Assembly: GCA_012026655.1 (NCBI GenBank)
Contig: JAAILG010001482.1
Coordinates: forward strand, 1 to 64,000
Length of the DNA stretch: 64,000 nucleotides
Direction of reading: 5' to 3'
Origin: Hydrolagus affinis
Lineage: Eukaryota
Notes under the pieces: model-generated
Database searches by the model: none
Told to the model about the DNA's origin: nothing
Seen by the model: only the letters and a program-made list of their open reading frames with translations
Shown here: positions 63,561 through 64,000 of the stretch, one piece after another
Numbering within the stretch: position 1 is the stretch's first letter
Layout: each line of letters begins with the position of its first letter
Made by a program: the position numbers and the translations under genes

Positions 63561-64000
63561 TATAGTATTTTGTGTTTTGTTTGAGCCAAGATGACACCTT
63601 ATTAGCAAGTAATCTCATCAGAGGGATCCAAATAATGTGATTCGTAAAAAAAAATTGGATCCATCTTGGATGCTGACTTAATGGAATCAAGGTCGGAAAC
63701 CCAGCGGAATTCAAGAGGGTTAGAACCAAATTGCGTCCACAAAGAATTTTTGCAAGTCATAAGCAGATAGTAAAATCTGAGAATTTTACTAGACTTGGCT
63801 GAAAGTTGAGATGAGATGCAGTCTCTCGTCACATCTGCTAATTTTCTGATGTGCATGGCGGAATATGTGAGTATGTTTCTACTGTTTGGGGTTTGTGTGT
63901 CACACCACATGCTGTCAGCATCAGACACCACTGATGATGTCCATTGCTTGATGAAAGTGATTTTATTGTTGAGAAATAATCATTCTTTCCACTGGAAAAT

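Noticed and set aside
63931-63960. Other CTGATGA...GAAA hammerhead-like hits (also near 43138 and 55031)
   Set aside because: No stem II or helix III pairing can be drawn.
27778-64000. GMDS exon 5 ([21 protein letters not shown]...)
   Set aside because: Not found by eye in any plus frame; it probably lies beyond the window.

Overview
Eukaryotic, vertebrate, AT-rich genomic DNA. The repeat families point to a cartilaginous fish, probably a chimaera/elephant-shark relative (inference). The whole window lies inside the GMDS gene (GDP-mannose 4,6-dehydratase, + strand). Three coding exons are present (19782-19826, 22854-22941, 27668-27777; exons 2-4 by analogy to human), all with AG/GT borders and splicing in frame to [82 protein letters not shown] found neither exon 1 nor exon 5. 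The rest is intron, rich in an abundant tRNA-Val(TAC)-headed SINE, older Deu-core SINEs, L2 and CR1 LINE fragments, a Tigger/pogo-like TA-flanked MITE family (4 copies), small palindromic elements and tandem repeats. Almost all ORFs in the supplied track are spurious. Best leads: a Penelope-type insertion with a 14-bp TSD and a minimal hammerhead ribozyme motif; a possible decayed unknown ORF whose stops are all TGA/TAG; a ~7 kb transposon-poor interval containing a candidate poison exon; circRNA-like architecture around exons 2-4; and a chimeric SINE structure. No prokaryotic system, CRISPR array, rRNA or true tRNA gene is supported. Repeat boundaries were read by eye and are approximate unless TSD or TIR positions are given.
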